In this document: piece by piece, positions 1 through 8,868 of the stretch
Position numbering within the stretch: position 1 is the stretch's first letter
Layout of the letters: every line of letters starts with the position of its first letter
Virus record (IMG/VR): IMGVR_UViG_3300011217_000001
Span: 64,001 to 128,000 of that record
DNA from: a virus
Taxonomy: Duplodnaviria > Caudoviricetes
Strand: one strand, 5' to 3'
Length of the DNA: 64,000 nucleotides
Made by a program: the position numbers and the translations under genes
Notes under the pieces: generated by a model
Database searches by the model: none
Told to the model about the DNA's origin: nothing
The model's input: the letters and a program-made list of their open reading frames with translations, nothing else

Positions 1-1
1 G

Positions 2-562
2 ACGCGCAGTAACTCGCGTCGTCTGGACGTCTCGCTGGTGGGCGGTGTATACCAGATTCGTCAGGATGACGACAAGAACTCCAAGTCGTCCAACACGGCA
101 CGCCACCTCCCGCTGACCGAAGAACTCAACCCGCCTCGGATGGCATTCCGGGCGCTGGAAGTGCTCGGTACGCTGGAGAGTATCCTGGAGGCGACGCTGG
201 AGCGTAAGGCTGGAATGGTCTACACCGACATTACCGACCTACTCTATGTATCCACCCCGGGTAAGTCCGCAAGCAAGACCAAGCTTCTCCCTGAAGTCAG
301 TACTTCCATGAAGTCCTTCGAGGCCATGGTCGGGTTCGACACTGATACTCAAAAGGGGCAGGCGAAGCTTTGCTTGACCCTGGGGCAGGATATCGCTGTT
401 CGTAATACCCTTAGCGCGATTGCGGAACTGTCGCCTAAGGTCACGGTCGTAACGTGGAAGGAATCCGGGCAGGCTTTCCGCTTCGCCACCGTTGTCGAAA
501 CGGTTGACGATGCGGCGATCTATTCGAGCCCGTACTCCAACCTCGTGCTGTTGCCGCGCTAA
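2..562 (+). CDS. 3' part of a probable RNase H-family protein (phiKZ gp155-like), truncated by the window edge
   Basis: The frame is open from position 2. The C-terminus (AFRFATVVETVDDAAIYSSPYSN) and synteny with the downstream structural genes resemble phiKZ-like RNase H proteins. The catalytic N-terminus is not visible. Confidence 0.5.
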   Translation, partial: TRSNSRRLDVSLVGGVYQIRQDDDKNSKSSNTARHLPLTEELNPPRMAFRALEVLGTLESILEATLERKAGMVYTDITDLLYVSTPGKSASKTKLLPEVSTSMKSFEAMVGFDTDTQKGQAKLCLTLGQDIAVRNTLSAIAELSPKVTVVTWKESGQAFRFATVVETVDDAAIYSSPYSNLVLLPR

Positions 563-571
563 AACCAGGGC

Positions 572-602
572 CTGCCTCCTACCAAGGGGGCAGGGAGTTT
601 TT
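572..602 (+). terminator. Intrinsic terminator
   Basis: CTGCCTCCT-acca-AGGGGGCAG stem (one G-U pair) followed closely by TTTTT, just after the stop at 562. Confidence 0.6.
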
Positions 603-631
603 ACGTTGATGCTGCCTTTGAGACACCTTAC

Positions 632-1090
632 ATGAATGTCAGCGGATCCATTTCCACGTCGATGAAGTCCTCGCTGGGTTCTTTCTTCAGTGACTTCTTC
701 TCGCGTGCGGTTTCTCTGCACGTCAAGCAAGTGATCTTCGCCGTTACCCTTTACATGCACTTGTCCGCCAGCAAGCGTATGGACCGGATGGTGATGGCCA
801 AGCTCAATACGGTCTTCGAGCAGCTCGTTCGCGAGAACGGGCAAGCCTTTGAGTTTCCATCTCTCCTCACCCCGTTGGTGTGGAAGGACGAAGCCCGGAA
901 AGAAGACCTCACATGTCTGGGTGCCCTTTGCGGTGCTGATCTGGATCTCCTGATTTCCCAGGTGATCGCCAGATGCCCGGCGTGGCTGAAATATGATCTC
1001 GTCCAGATGCGCGAAGATACCCGCAAGGTAATTCGCACCATCCAGGAGCTGAACCAGCCGAAGGCAAGCACTGCCGTCGGCGAGGGTTGA
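632..1090 (+). CDS. Hypothetical protein, 152 aa
   Basis: ATG ORF filling the gap between two hairpins; plausible helical protein. Confidence 0.7.
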   Translation: MNVSGSISTSMKSSLGSFFSDFFSRAVSLHVKQVIFAVTLYMHLSASKRMDRMVMAKLNTVFEQLVRENGQAFEFPSLLTPLVWKDEARKEDLTCLGALCGADLDLLISQVIARCPAWLKYDLVQMREDTRKVIRTIQELNQPKASTAVGEG

Positions 1091-1113
1091 ACAAGGACTT
1101 TCTCCGGGTTAGG

Positions 1114-1155
1114 GCATAGAGTCGGGCCTGCGCCCGACTCTATGCTTTTATGCCG
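1114..1155. terminator. Bidirectional hairpin between convergent genes (GCATA/TATGC class)
   Basis: Perfect 14-bp stem GCATAGAGTCGGGC-ctgc-GCCCGACTCTATGC followed by TTTTATGCCG. Confidence 0.75.
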
Positions 1156-1156
1156 T

Positions 1157-2401
1157 TTACTCGATGCGGCCCACTTCGAGGAAGAAGGCCTTGGAGAAGA
1201 AGAACTGGTTCTTGGTGTAGCGGGTGTTGTCGATGGAGGTCTGCGACTTCCAGTTGGTGGTACGTGCGTTGAACATGTCCACCGTGTTGTCCAGCGTCTG
1301 GAGCACGTAGTCGCCGTCTTCTTCCACCGGCCAGTATTCGTACACACGACCGATGCCACCAAACAGCGGCATGTCCGGATTGATGTGGGAGATGTAACGC
1401 CCGTTCAGTCCGGTCTTCTCAACGAAGTGACGATCGATGTAAAGCTGCTCGGTATCGACCAGCACTACGAACGAGTTGGCCATGGTCATGTACGCGATGA
1501 TGTTCTCTTCGCTGTACAGGTCTTCCAGCGTGAGCTGATCGACGTTGACCGAGGACTCGCTGAAGTTGAGCATGCTCAGATCCAGCAGCTTGCGCGACTC
1601 GTAGTAGCGCTCCAGCCATGGCAGGTTGGCGAAGTCGATCTTGATCAGACCATCCCCCACTTGCTTGTAGCTGTTGTCCAGGATGTGCAGGTAGCCGCCG
1701 ATGACCATCAGCACCGCCTTACCCGAGGTGGACTTGGGGATCTGCAGATTGACCGCCGTCTTGTACTCCTGACGAGGATGGGTCTTGTACAGCATGTCCG
1801 CAGTGATCGGAATGATCTCGATCTCACCGAGCTGCTTGAAGTTGTACAGACCCACGATCGATTCGTTGGCGATGCGACTCTGGCGCGCACCGTCGAGGAT
1901 GTAGAACCCATCCGGACCGGCGGCAGTGGGATGGAACATGCCGTTGACCGAGGCCAGACAGAACTTGTGCATCTCCTGGTAGTCCACACCCGCCTTGGTG
2001 AGCATCAGGTCAGGCTTGGCGCTGGTGGGCAGGTCCGAGTCGTGATGCATCGTGGAGACGGTGGGCTGGATGCCGTAACCTGCACGGAAGGCGTCGTTGT
2101 AACGCAGCTTACCGTAGTAGGGATCTGGCATCTTGTCCATGGTAGGCAGCGTGCGATCACCGATCATCGCCAGCCACTCGTTGACCTTGTAGGAGGGGAT
2201 CTTGTTGGGGATCATCTCCTGGGCATCGGAGAGGAGCAGGAACAGGTCGTGGTCGATCAACGGATGACGCAAGGTCAGGTAGACCTTGGAGTAATCCGTC
2301 AGCAGATCATCGATGGCCATGTTGCTTGCATCGATATCTTCCCAGACCGAGCTGCTCAAACGCCCACGCACGCGGGCGGCTTTGTACGTGTAGGGCATCA
2401 C
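1157..2401 (-). CDS. Virion structural protein (phiKZ gp157-like)
   Basis: 414-aa ORF with AAGGAG RBS and phage-like codon use. Motifs (CLASVNGMFH, VLMVIGGYLH, FVVLVDT) and its position divergent from the tail-fibre genes match phiKZ-like phages. Confidence 0.7.
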   Translation of the reverse strand: MMPYTYKAARVRGRLSSSVWEDIDASNMAIDDLLTDYSKVYLTLRHPLIDHDLFLLLSDAQEMIPNKIPSYKVNEWLAMIGDRTLPTMDKMPDPYYGKLRYNDAFRAGYGIQPTVSTMHHDSDLPTSAKPDLMLTKAGVDYQEMHKFCLASVNGMFHPTAAGPDGFYILDGARQSRIANESIVGLYNFKQLGEIEIIPITADMLYKTHPRQEYKTAVNLQIPKSTSGKAVLMVIGGYLHILDNSYKQVGDGLIKIDFANLPWLERYYESRKLLDLSMLNFSESSVNVDQLTLEDLYSEENIIAYMTMANSFVVLVDTEQLYIDRHFVEKTGLNGRYISHINPDMPLFGGIGRVYEYWPVEEDGDYVLQTLDNTVDMFNARTTNWKSQTSIDNTRYTKNQFFFSKAFFLEVGRIE

Positions 2402-2514
2402 TGGCTCCTTTGCCTAATCTATACGATACCTCAGAGGCCTGACCGACCCGTTATGGTATGGTGCATGTAATTTTTAACAACCTAGGTAGCGTCATCGCAC
2501 AGCTGGAGCCAACC

Positions 2515-4782
2515 ATGCCGGACAACAAAGTCAGTTGGCCTTTCGACCCGACGGGGACGAAGCCCGACAACAAGGTGACCAACGAGCTTCAGGTCATCTC
2601 GCCTCCGAATAGCTCGGAGTATTACTTCCTCATCCCCAATGCGGCGCCGTACTACAAGGACAGCATGAAGCTGTTCTTCCGCGAGGCAAACGGCGCCCGT
2701 CGTCCAATGATCCACGGCGTGGACTGGCTGGCAACGCACTTCTTCATCGGTGCGTCTCGTTCCACTGCCAAGCCGGTGTACGGCTCGATCACCATCCTCA
2801 ACAAGCAGCTGGCCGGCGTCATCGAGCTGGCTGAATACCAGTGCGTTGGTGGCGATTGGACTGTCGACTCGCAGAAGGCGATTGAGATCGTCGCCAATGC
2901 GCTCGGCAATCCGCGCATCACCACCTGGGAAGAGGTGGACGATCGCCCGACCCGCTTCCCGCCGACCGACCATGAGTGGTATCTGGACGATCTGGTGGGC
3001 ATGAAGGAAACCGTCGAAGTGTTGGAGAAGGTGGTCGACGCCATCTATGCCCGACAGAGCGATGAGTTCTCCCAGCATCTGGGCAATCGCAACAATCCTC
3101 ACCAGGTCACCAAGGCGCAAGTCGGCCTCGGTCTGGTGGAGAACTTCGCCATCTCCACGCGCCCGCAGGCCGAACAGGGTACGGTTGAAGATCGCTACAT
3201 GACGCCGCTGCGCGTCAAGCAGGCGATCAACTTCCAGATCCGTACGGACTTCGACGCGTTCGTGGCTCGCCGCAACAATCCGCATGCGGTCACTAAGACG
3301 CAGATCGGACTGGGGCTGGTTGAGAACTACGCAACGGCTGACAACGCCAAGACCCTGGCTGGTACGGCCTTTGACCTGTACGTGACTCCGGCAGGTCTGA
3401 AGCACACCATCACCCAGGGCGTTGGTCAGGATCTGCTCAACCACGTCACCGACTTGGACAACCCCCACAAGGTGACCAAGGAACAGGTCGGGCTGGGTCA
3501 GGTCCAGAACTATCCGCCGGCCACCAATCAGGAAGCGGCTGCTGCTGCACTGACCACTCGCTATCTGACGCCTGCGTCGGGTAAGGCGCTGGTGCAGGCT
3601 GTGGCGGGCACGATGCTCGACGAGCACATCACCGACTACACCAATCCGCATCGCGTCACGCGTGCGCAGATTGGCCTTGCGCTGGTCGAGAACTACGCCG
3701 TGCCAAGTGAACAGGAAGCCCGCGACGGCATCCTGAACACCCGCTACATGACGCCTCTGCGGACCTCGCAGGCGATCCAGGAGCAGGCAGGCAAGTTGCT
3801 GCAGAAGCACATCGACGACAAGACCAACCCGCACGCTGTTTCCAAGGCGCAGGTCGGTTTGGGTTCGGTGGAAAACTACGCGATCGCCACGTCGCCGGAA
3901 GCTATCCAGGGTACGGTGAACGTCAAGTACATGACGCCGCTGCGTACCAAGGAAGCGATCGACAACTTCAAGACCACGGTCTTCGATCCGTTCGTCGCAC
4001 TGCGCAACAACCCGCATGCGGTGACCGCTGCACAGGTGGGTGCCTACACGATCGCACAGACCGATGCTGTTGCCTCTGCCGCAGAATCCCGCGCCAAGGC
4101 TTACACCGATGCTCACTCCGGGCGACGCGACAACCCGCACGGCGTAACCAAGGGCCAGCTTGGCCTGGGCTCGGTGGAAGACTACAAGCAGGTCCGCAAC
4201 AACAGCGGCAACCAGATCTACCTGTCCTGGAATGGCGCCGAGATCGTTGCTCAGGTGGACGGTTCTGTCTTCGGTCGAATCCACACCTTCTCCCAGCCGG
4301 ACCCTAACATCGCACTGCATCGCGGTGACACCAACAACCCGCACCAGACGAACAAGTGGCACGTCGGCTTGGGCAGTCTGAACGATTGGCCGGCGGCGTC
4401 GGCGTGGGATATCGGCAACGGTACGGGTGGTCGTTACGTTCCGGCTGATGCGTTGCGTGCGTATCTGATCTCGCTCGGCATTGGCGATGGTTCCGGTAAC
4501 ATGGAGAACCTGCCCAACGGTCAGCGTGGCTTTGCACGTATCGGACCTGTCCTGGTCTGCTTCGGCTGGGTCAACAGCTCGCAGAACAACATCTTCACCG
4601 GCTTCATGCGTCAGTTCAACGGCCGTCCGTCTGTTGTCGCTCAGGCACACGACGTGACGAACGGTTCGCCCTCGCGCTCGCTGCAGACGGTCGATGGTGT
4701 TGGTGCTACCGGTTTCCGTTTCCGCTGGGATGGTATCGGTGTGCAGGGCTGGAGCTACGTTGCGTTCGGTATCGCCGCCTAA
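2515..4782 (+). CDS. Tail fibre-type virion protein with 61-aa NPH repeats and a C-terminal gp53-like/H-lectin-like tip
   Basis: Start moved to ATG 2515 (GGAG RBS). N-terminal WPFDPTG..N.V..E motif, eight NPHxVxxxQ-type units, and a C-terminal GFARIGPVLVCFG...F...F...P...GF...WSYVAFG domain. Confidence 0.85.
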   Translation: MPDNKVSWPFDPTGTKPDNKVTNELQVISPPNSSEYYFLIPNAAPYYKDSMKLFFREANGARRPMIHGVDWLATHFFIGASRSTAKPVYGSITILNKQLAGVIELAEYQCVGGDWTVDSQKAIEIVANALGNPRITTWEEVDDRPTRFPPTDHEWYLDDLVGMKETVEVLEKVVDAIYARQSDEFSQHLGNRNNPHQVTKAQVGLGLVENFAISTRPQAEQGTVEDRYMTPLRVKQAINFQIRTDFDAFVARRNNPHAVTKTQIGLGLVENYATADNAKTLAGTAFDLYVTPAGLKHTITQGVGQDLLNHVTDLDNPHKVTKEQVGLGQVQNYPPATNQEAAAAALTTRYLTPASGKALVQAVAGTMLDEHITDYTNPHRVTRAQIGLALVENYAVPSEQEARDGILNTRYMTPLRTSQAIQEQAGKLLQKHIDDKTNPHAVSKAQVGLGSVENYAIATSPEAIQGTVNVKYMTPLRTKEAIDNFKTTVFDPFVALRNNPHAVTAAQVGAYTIAQTDAVASAAESRAKAYTDAHSGRRDNPHGVTKGQLGLGSVEDYKQVRNNSGNQIYLSWNGAEIVAQVDGSVFGRIHTFSQPDPNIALHRGDTNNPHQTNKWHVGLGSLNDWPAASAWDIGNGTGGRYVPADALRAYLISLGIGDGSGNMENLPNGQRGFARIGPVLVCFGWVNSSQNNIFTGFMRQFNGRPSVVAQAHDVTNGSPSRSLQTVDGVGATGFRFRWDGIGVQGWSYVAFGIAA
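3085..4380 (+). repeat. Intragenic tandem repeat, 183-nt (61-aa) period
   Basis: NPH motifs start at 3094, 3277, 3460, 3643, 3826 and 4009, with two more irregularly spaced copies. Consensus HxxxxxNPHxVTKAQVGLGxVxNY...RYMTPLR. Confidence 0.9.
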
Positions 4783-4839
4783 GTCCTTTCATCCGGTTAG
4801 GCGGGACTAATCATCCCGCCAAGCTTTTTCGGAGTCAAC

Positions 4840-7800
4840 ATGCCCTCGCTTATCATTCGTTATCCCCTGGACCTGACCGGGCGGAGCACGAACAATCTGG
4901 TTCAGGCGGAACCGCACAACATCGGTGCGACCTCTGCGAGCCGGAAGAATCGTGTCATCGTCCCGAAGTACGGCGCCTTCTACACCGAAGGTCTGAGGGT
5001 CCGCGTCAAATCCACCGGCAAGGTTCTCGAACCCAAGACGCAGTATGTCTGCACCGAGTTCTACCAGGACGCCTCTGTCGTCACGGGCTTGGAAGTCTGC
5101 TGCGCCATCGTCATCACCGACACCAAGGTGCCTGCCGATCTGGAGATCTTCTACCAGGTCGTGGGTGGTGAGTTCAGCGTGTCGGCTGGTGCGCTGGAAG
5201 ATGCGATCAAGAACCTCAACATCGACAACCGCCCGGTCTACTGGGGCGACATCATCGGCCTGCCCGAGACGTTCGCGCCATCGGACCACTTCCACGACAT
5301 CGGCGACCTCTACGGCTTCGAGTACCTGATCCCCGTTCTGGAGAACATGGTCACTGCGATCCTGACCGGTTCCGGTGCCGTGGAAGATGCGATCATCGCA
5401 CATGTCAACAACAAGATCGCACAGCTGGACGGTCGCATCACGACCATGCGCGGTCTGTTCGACGAACATGCCAACGATGAAGACAACCCGCACCAGGTCA
5501 CCAAGGGCCAGGTTGGTCTTGGCAACGTGGCCGACTACCCGATCGCTTCGGATACCGAGGCGAGCAACGGTGGCAGCAACCAGCGCTACATGACCCCGGC
5601 GGGCGTCACCCTGCGTGTCAATGCGATTCTGGATCAGCGCCTGGAAGCGCATCTCCAGGACAAGCAGAACCCGCACAACGTCACCAAGGCTCAGGTTGGC
5701 CTGGGTAACGTTCTCAACTATGCCATTGCCACGGTTGGCGAGGCAGAGGACGGCACCTCCGCCACCCGCTACATGACCCCGCAGCGTACGCAGCAGGCCA
5801 TCAAGAAGCAGGTGGGTGATCTGTTCACCACGCACCAGAACGATCTGGGCAACCCGCACAAGGTATCCAAGACGCAAGTTGGTCTGGGTCTGGTGCAGAA
5901 CTACCCGATCGCTACCGAGCAGGAAGCTCTGGATGGTCAGCGCGATGACCGCTACATGACGCCGTTGCTGGTTCGCTACATGGTCAATCAGATCAGTGGT
6001 GAGCTGACCGGCGGTCACGTGACCAACTACAGCAACCCGCATCGTGTCACCAAGGCACAAGTGGGTCTGGGGTCGGTGCAGGATTACCCGATCGCAACGC
6101 AGCAGCAGGCCGAGTCGGGTGATCTCAACACCACCTACATGACGCCGCTGCGCACCAAGCAGGCCATTGCCGCGCAGCTGACTGACGTTGTGGGTCAGCA
6201 TGCCAACCGAAAGGACAATCCGCACGAAGTGTCCAAGGCGCAAGTGGGTCTGGGCTCTGTCCAGAACTATGCGATTGCCAATACGCAGGAAGCGTTGGAT
6301 GGTTCGCTGAACACGCGGTACATGACGCCCTCGCTGGTCAAGGCTGTCGTCGGTGACTTCAAGGCCACCGTGTTCGATCCCTTCGCTGCTCGTACCGACA
6401 ACCCCCACAAGGTGTCGGCTGCTCAGGTGGGTTTGGGTTCGGTGCAGAACTACGGCATCGCAACCACTGCAGAAATGCAGGCGGCAGGTCGGTTGGAGAC
6501 CACTGCGGTCAACAACAAGTACGTCACCCCGCTGGGCTTCCGCACGGCGCTGGCAGCGTACGACAACGACGTGGTCGGTCCGCACATCGGCAACCTGGAC
6601 AACCCGCATCAGGTGTCCAAGGCTCAGGTTGGTCTCGGCTCGGTCCTGAACTATGGCGTCGCCACGGAACAGGAAGCGATCGATGGCGCGCTCAACACGC
6701 GCTACATGACCCCGCTGCGCGTCAAGCAGTTCGTCATGCCGCTGATCTCCGGCGGTGTGGATGGTCACGCCAATCGCAAGGACAACCCGCATGAAGTGTC
6801 GGCCGCTCAGGTCGGTGCTTACACCACCGGCGAGGTCGACGTTCGTCTGAGCAAGAAGCTGGATACGGCTCTCTACTCCGGCAAGCGTGGTCAGGTGCTC
6901 TTCACGGATGAAGACAATGGTGATCCGGGTGCTTCGCTGAGCCGTGTCGTGAGCCGTCTGGGTATCGTGCTGAACGATTCCGAGCTGGCCTCGATGCAGA
7001 CCGATGCGGACGATCCGACCGAGCTGGTCAACACCTACCGTCGCGTGTCCATCAATACCGAGGGTGAGCCCAACGCCGACGCGGCCGACAACGCTGCGTG
7101 GACGTACAACACCGCCACCGGCCGTACCGAGAACAGCCGTACCAGTCCGCGAGTTGTTGGGTTGCTGTCCAATGAGACCTTCGAAGATTTCGATTTCGAG
7201 GTTCTGGTGGATGGCCGCACGGCAGCGAAGGGTCTGGCCGGTCTGGTGATCGGTGCAGTGGATGACGGCGGGATCGTGCGTACCATCACGGTGACCCGTA
7301 CTCCGGGTGGCTCTCTGGGCTTCGCTGCTGGTCTGACCACGCAGCATGTTCCGGCTGGCAACACCACCGCTCCGATGGCTCTGATGGGTATTCAGTACTG
7401 CCTGGGTCAGCGCGACAGCAAGTTGATCAAGTCGACCAACAAGCTGAAGTGGGGCGATGGCGTGCAGAACGACACCCGCCGTGTCAACGGTGCGGATATC
7501 GCCGGTAACACCGGCTGGGCCTACCAGCTGGGCGGTTGCCGTATCCGCGTCACTCGTGTCGGCAAGGTCTTCACCGTCCGTACCACCGACTTCATCCTCG
7601 ACTCCACCGGCTCTGCTACCATCCAGCCGACGGATGCGCGTCTGAAGAACTACGTGGCCGCTGCGCAGCTCTCGTTCTCCGTGGACGACCTGCCGGAACT
7701 GGCCGTGTTCGATGGTCCGGTCAGCATCGGCTACTTGGGGATGAACAACCCCTCTCGCTTCCTGTACGACTCGCTCCCCGGTTCTCGTCCGACCATCATC

Positions 7801-8046
7801 GATGGCCGTACCGGTGCCGTGCAGCAGTGGTCGGGGTCGGGCTGGGCACCTTCGGACCTGACGGCCGCTGAGCTGATCAAACCGGGTCGGATGTACAACA
7901 ACCAGATCACCGGGCGCCTGTTCGCGGGCCTGGGCGAGGGTTCGTTCGAGGAAGTGAAGATCTTCGGTTCTGCAAGTGCCGACATGGACTTGCTGATCGC
8001 AAGCTTGACCGACTCGTTCAACGACGCAGCAACCGATCTGGGCTGA
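4840..8046 (+). CDS. Tail fibre-type virion protein with NPH repeats and a C-terminal beta-rich, lectin-like region
   Basis: GGAG RBS. YPLDLTG..NNLV..E N-terminus paralogous to the upstream gene, eight NPH units, then a beta-rich C-terminal domain (DFDFEVLVDG...GLVIG). Confidence 0.85.
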   Translation: MPSLIIRYPLDLTGRSTNNLVQAEPHNIGATSASRKNRVIVPKYGAFYTEGLRVRVKSTGKVLEPKTQYVCTEFYQDASVVTGLEVCCAIVITDTKVPADLEIFYQVVGGEFSVSAGALEDAIKNLNIDNRPVYWGDIIGLPETFAPSDHFHDIGDLYGFEYLIPVLENMVTAILTGSGAVEDAIIAHVNNKIAQLDGRITTMRGLFDEHANDEDNPHQVTKGQVGLGNVADYPIASDTEASNGGSNQRYMTPAGVTLRVNAILDQRLEAHLQDKQNPHNVTKAQVGLGNVLNYAIATVGEAEDGTSATRYMTPQRTQQAIKKQVGDLFTTHQNDLGNPHKVSKTQVGLGLVQNYPIATEQEALDGQRDDRYMTPLLVRYMVNQISGELTGGHVTNYSNPHRVTKAQVGLGSVQDYPIATQQQAESGDLNTTYMTPLRTKQAIAAQLTDVVGQHANRKDNPHEVSKAQVGLGSVQNYAIANTQEALDGSLNTRYMTPSLVKAVVGDFKATVFDPFAARTDNPHKVSAAQVGLGSVQNYGIATTAEMQAAGRLETTAVNNKYVTPLGFRTALAAYDNDVVGPHIGNLDNPHQVSKAQVGLGSVLNYGVATEQEAIDGALNTRYMTPLRVKQFVMPLISGGVDGHANRKDNPHEVSAAQVGAYTTGEVDVRLSKKLDTALYSGKRGQVLFTDEDNGDPGASLSRVVSRLGIVLNDSELASMQTDADDPTELVNTYRRVSINTEGEPNADAADNAAWTYNTATGRTENSRTSPRVVGLLSNETFEDFDFEVLVDGRTAAKGLAGLVIGAVDDGGIVRTITVTRTPGGSLGFAAGLTTQHVPAGNTTAPMALMGIQYCLGQRDSKLIKSTNKLKWGDGVQNDTRRVNGADIAGNTGWAYQLGGCRIRVTRVGKVFTVRTTDFILDSTGSATIQPTDARLKNYVAAAQLSFSVDDLPELAVFDGPVSIGYLGMNNPSRFLYDSLPGSRPTIIDGRTGAVQQWSGSGWAPSDLTAAELIKPGRMYNNQITGRLFAGLGEGSFEEVKIFGSASADMDLLIASLTDSFNDAATDLG
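5470..6840 (+). repeat. Intragenic tandem NPH repeats (eight units, mostly 61 aa)
   Basis: Repeated NPHxVSKAQVGLGSVxNY...YMTP units in the translation. Confidence 0.9.
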
Positions 8047-8063
8047 TCCAAGGGGATACGACA

Positions 8064-8789
8064 ATGAGTAGAGAACAGGACTTGCAAGACCTGCAGGAAG
8101 CCATTGATCGTATCCCCGCGGCTATCAATGAGTTGGCGGCGGCCAAGAGGGCCGCCGCCTATGCCTCGGACAATGCGGACAGGTTGGAGAACACAACCGC
8201 TGCTGCGCTTACCACGGAAGCGGAAGCGACGCAGGCGGCTCACATCAACAGTCGGAGCAATCCGCATGTTGACACGGCTGCCAACATTGGCTGCTACTCC
8301 ATCCCTGAGATTGACACGATGCTGGCGGGATTGATTCCGTCGGGTATTCTTCCGATCTCGGCAACGGGGTTGGGGATGACCAATACGTTGTTGATCTGGC
8401 CGTACTCAGGTGACCAGTTCACCGTCCGGGCGCAGTCAGTACTGATGCTGGGTCGCTTCTTCACCATCGGGGCGACAACCATGCGACTGAGTCAGATCTT
8501 CGGATCTCTGGCTGAGTACGCGAACAAGGATATCCATGTCTACGTCGCCATGAGCGAAGGATCTCCTGTTTACGTGGTCAGTGTCGAAAGGCTCAGTGAA
8601 TCACTCAATCGCATGTACATGGCTACGGTGCGCACGAATGCGGCAGGCGCAATCACGGCATCTTTCGGGGTGTCGAGGCAGCGCCTGGATACATTCACCG
8701 TGACCAACATCCCGTCGGGAAGCGCCATCCCCCGTACGGACGACATGCCAATGAACCCGACTGCACTCAATGCCACGTGGATACGCTGA
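8064..8789 (+). CDS. Short virion/tail protein, paralog of the two downstream ~1000-aa proteins
   Basis: AAGGGG RBS. Shares SNPHV...GILPIS and the C-terminal VYV...GSAIP...W motifs with 8869 and 11818. Confidence 0.8.
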   Translation: MSREQDLQDLQEAIDRIPAAINELAAAKRAAAYASDNADRLENTTAAALTTEAEATQAAHINSRSNPHVDTAANIGCYSIPEIDTMLAGLIPSGILPISATGLGMTNTLLIWPYSGDQFTVRAQSVLMLGRFFTIGATTMRLSQIFGSLAEYANKDIHVYVAMSEGSPVYVVSVERLSESLNRMYMATVRTNAAGAITASFGVSRQRLDTFTVTNIPSGSAIPRTDDMPMNPTALNATWIR

Positions 8790-8800
8790 TAAGGTCTACT

Positions 8801-8850
8801 CTCTGCCTGATGCTATGCATCGGGCAGGGAGCCCTTATTTCCTTTTATTT
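8801..8850 (+). terminator. Intrinsic terminator
   Basis: CTCTGCCTGATGC-tat-GCATCGGGCAGGG stem (with G-U pairs) followed by a T-rich tract. Confidence 0.6.
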
Positions 8851-8868
8851 CAGCAACAAGGTAGACAC

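Noticed and set aside
3085-6840. CRISPR-like periodic repeats
   Set aside because: The repeats are in-frame protein repeats with degenerate third positions. There are no identical direct repeats with unique spacers and no cas genes.
2482-8064. Very long antisense ORFs (722 aa, 1085 aa), and similar ones at 27835-30561, 35128-37290 and 40512-42602
   Set aside because: They are shadows of real genes with strong codon bias in high-GC DNA. Their translations are V/D/H/Q/R-rich with no motifs or RBS.
8770-8868. N-terminal extensions in the ORF track (also 2458, 17196, 30636, 53005, 59055)
   Set aside because: They overlap neighbouring genes or terminators, and downstream starts have better RBSs and family-like N-termini.
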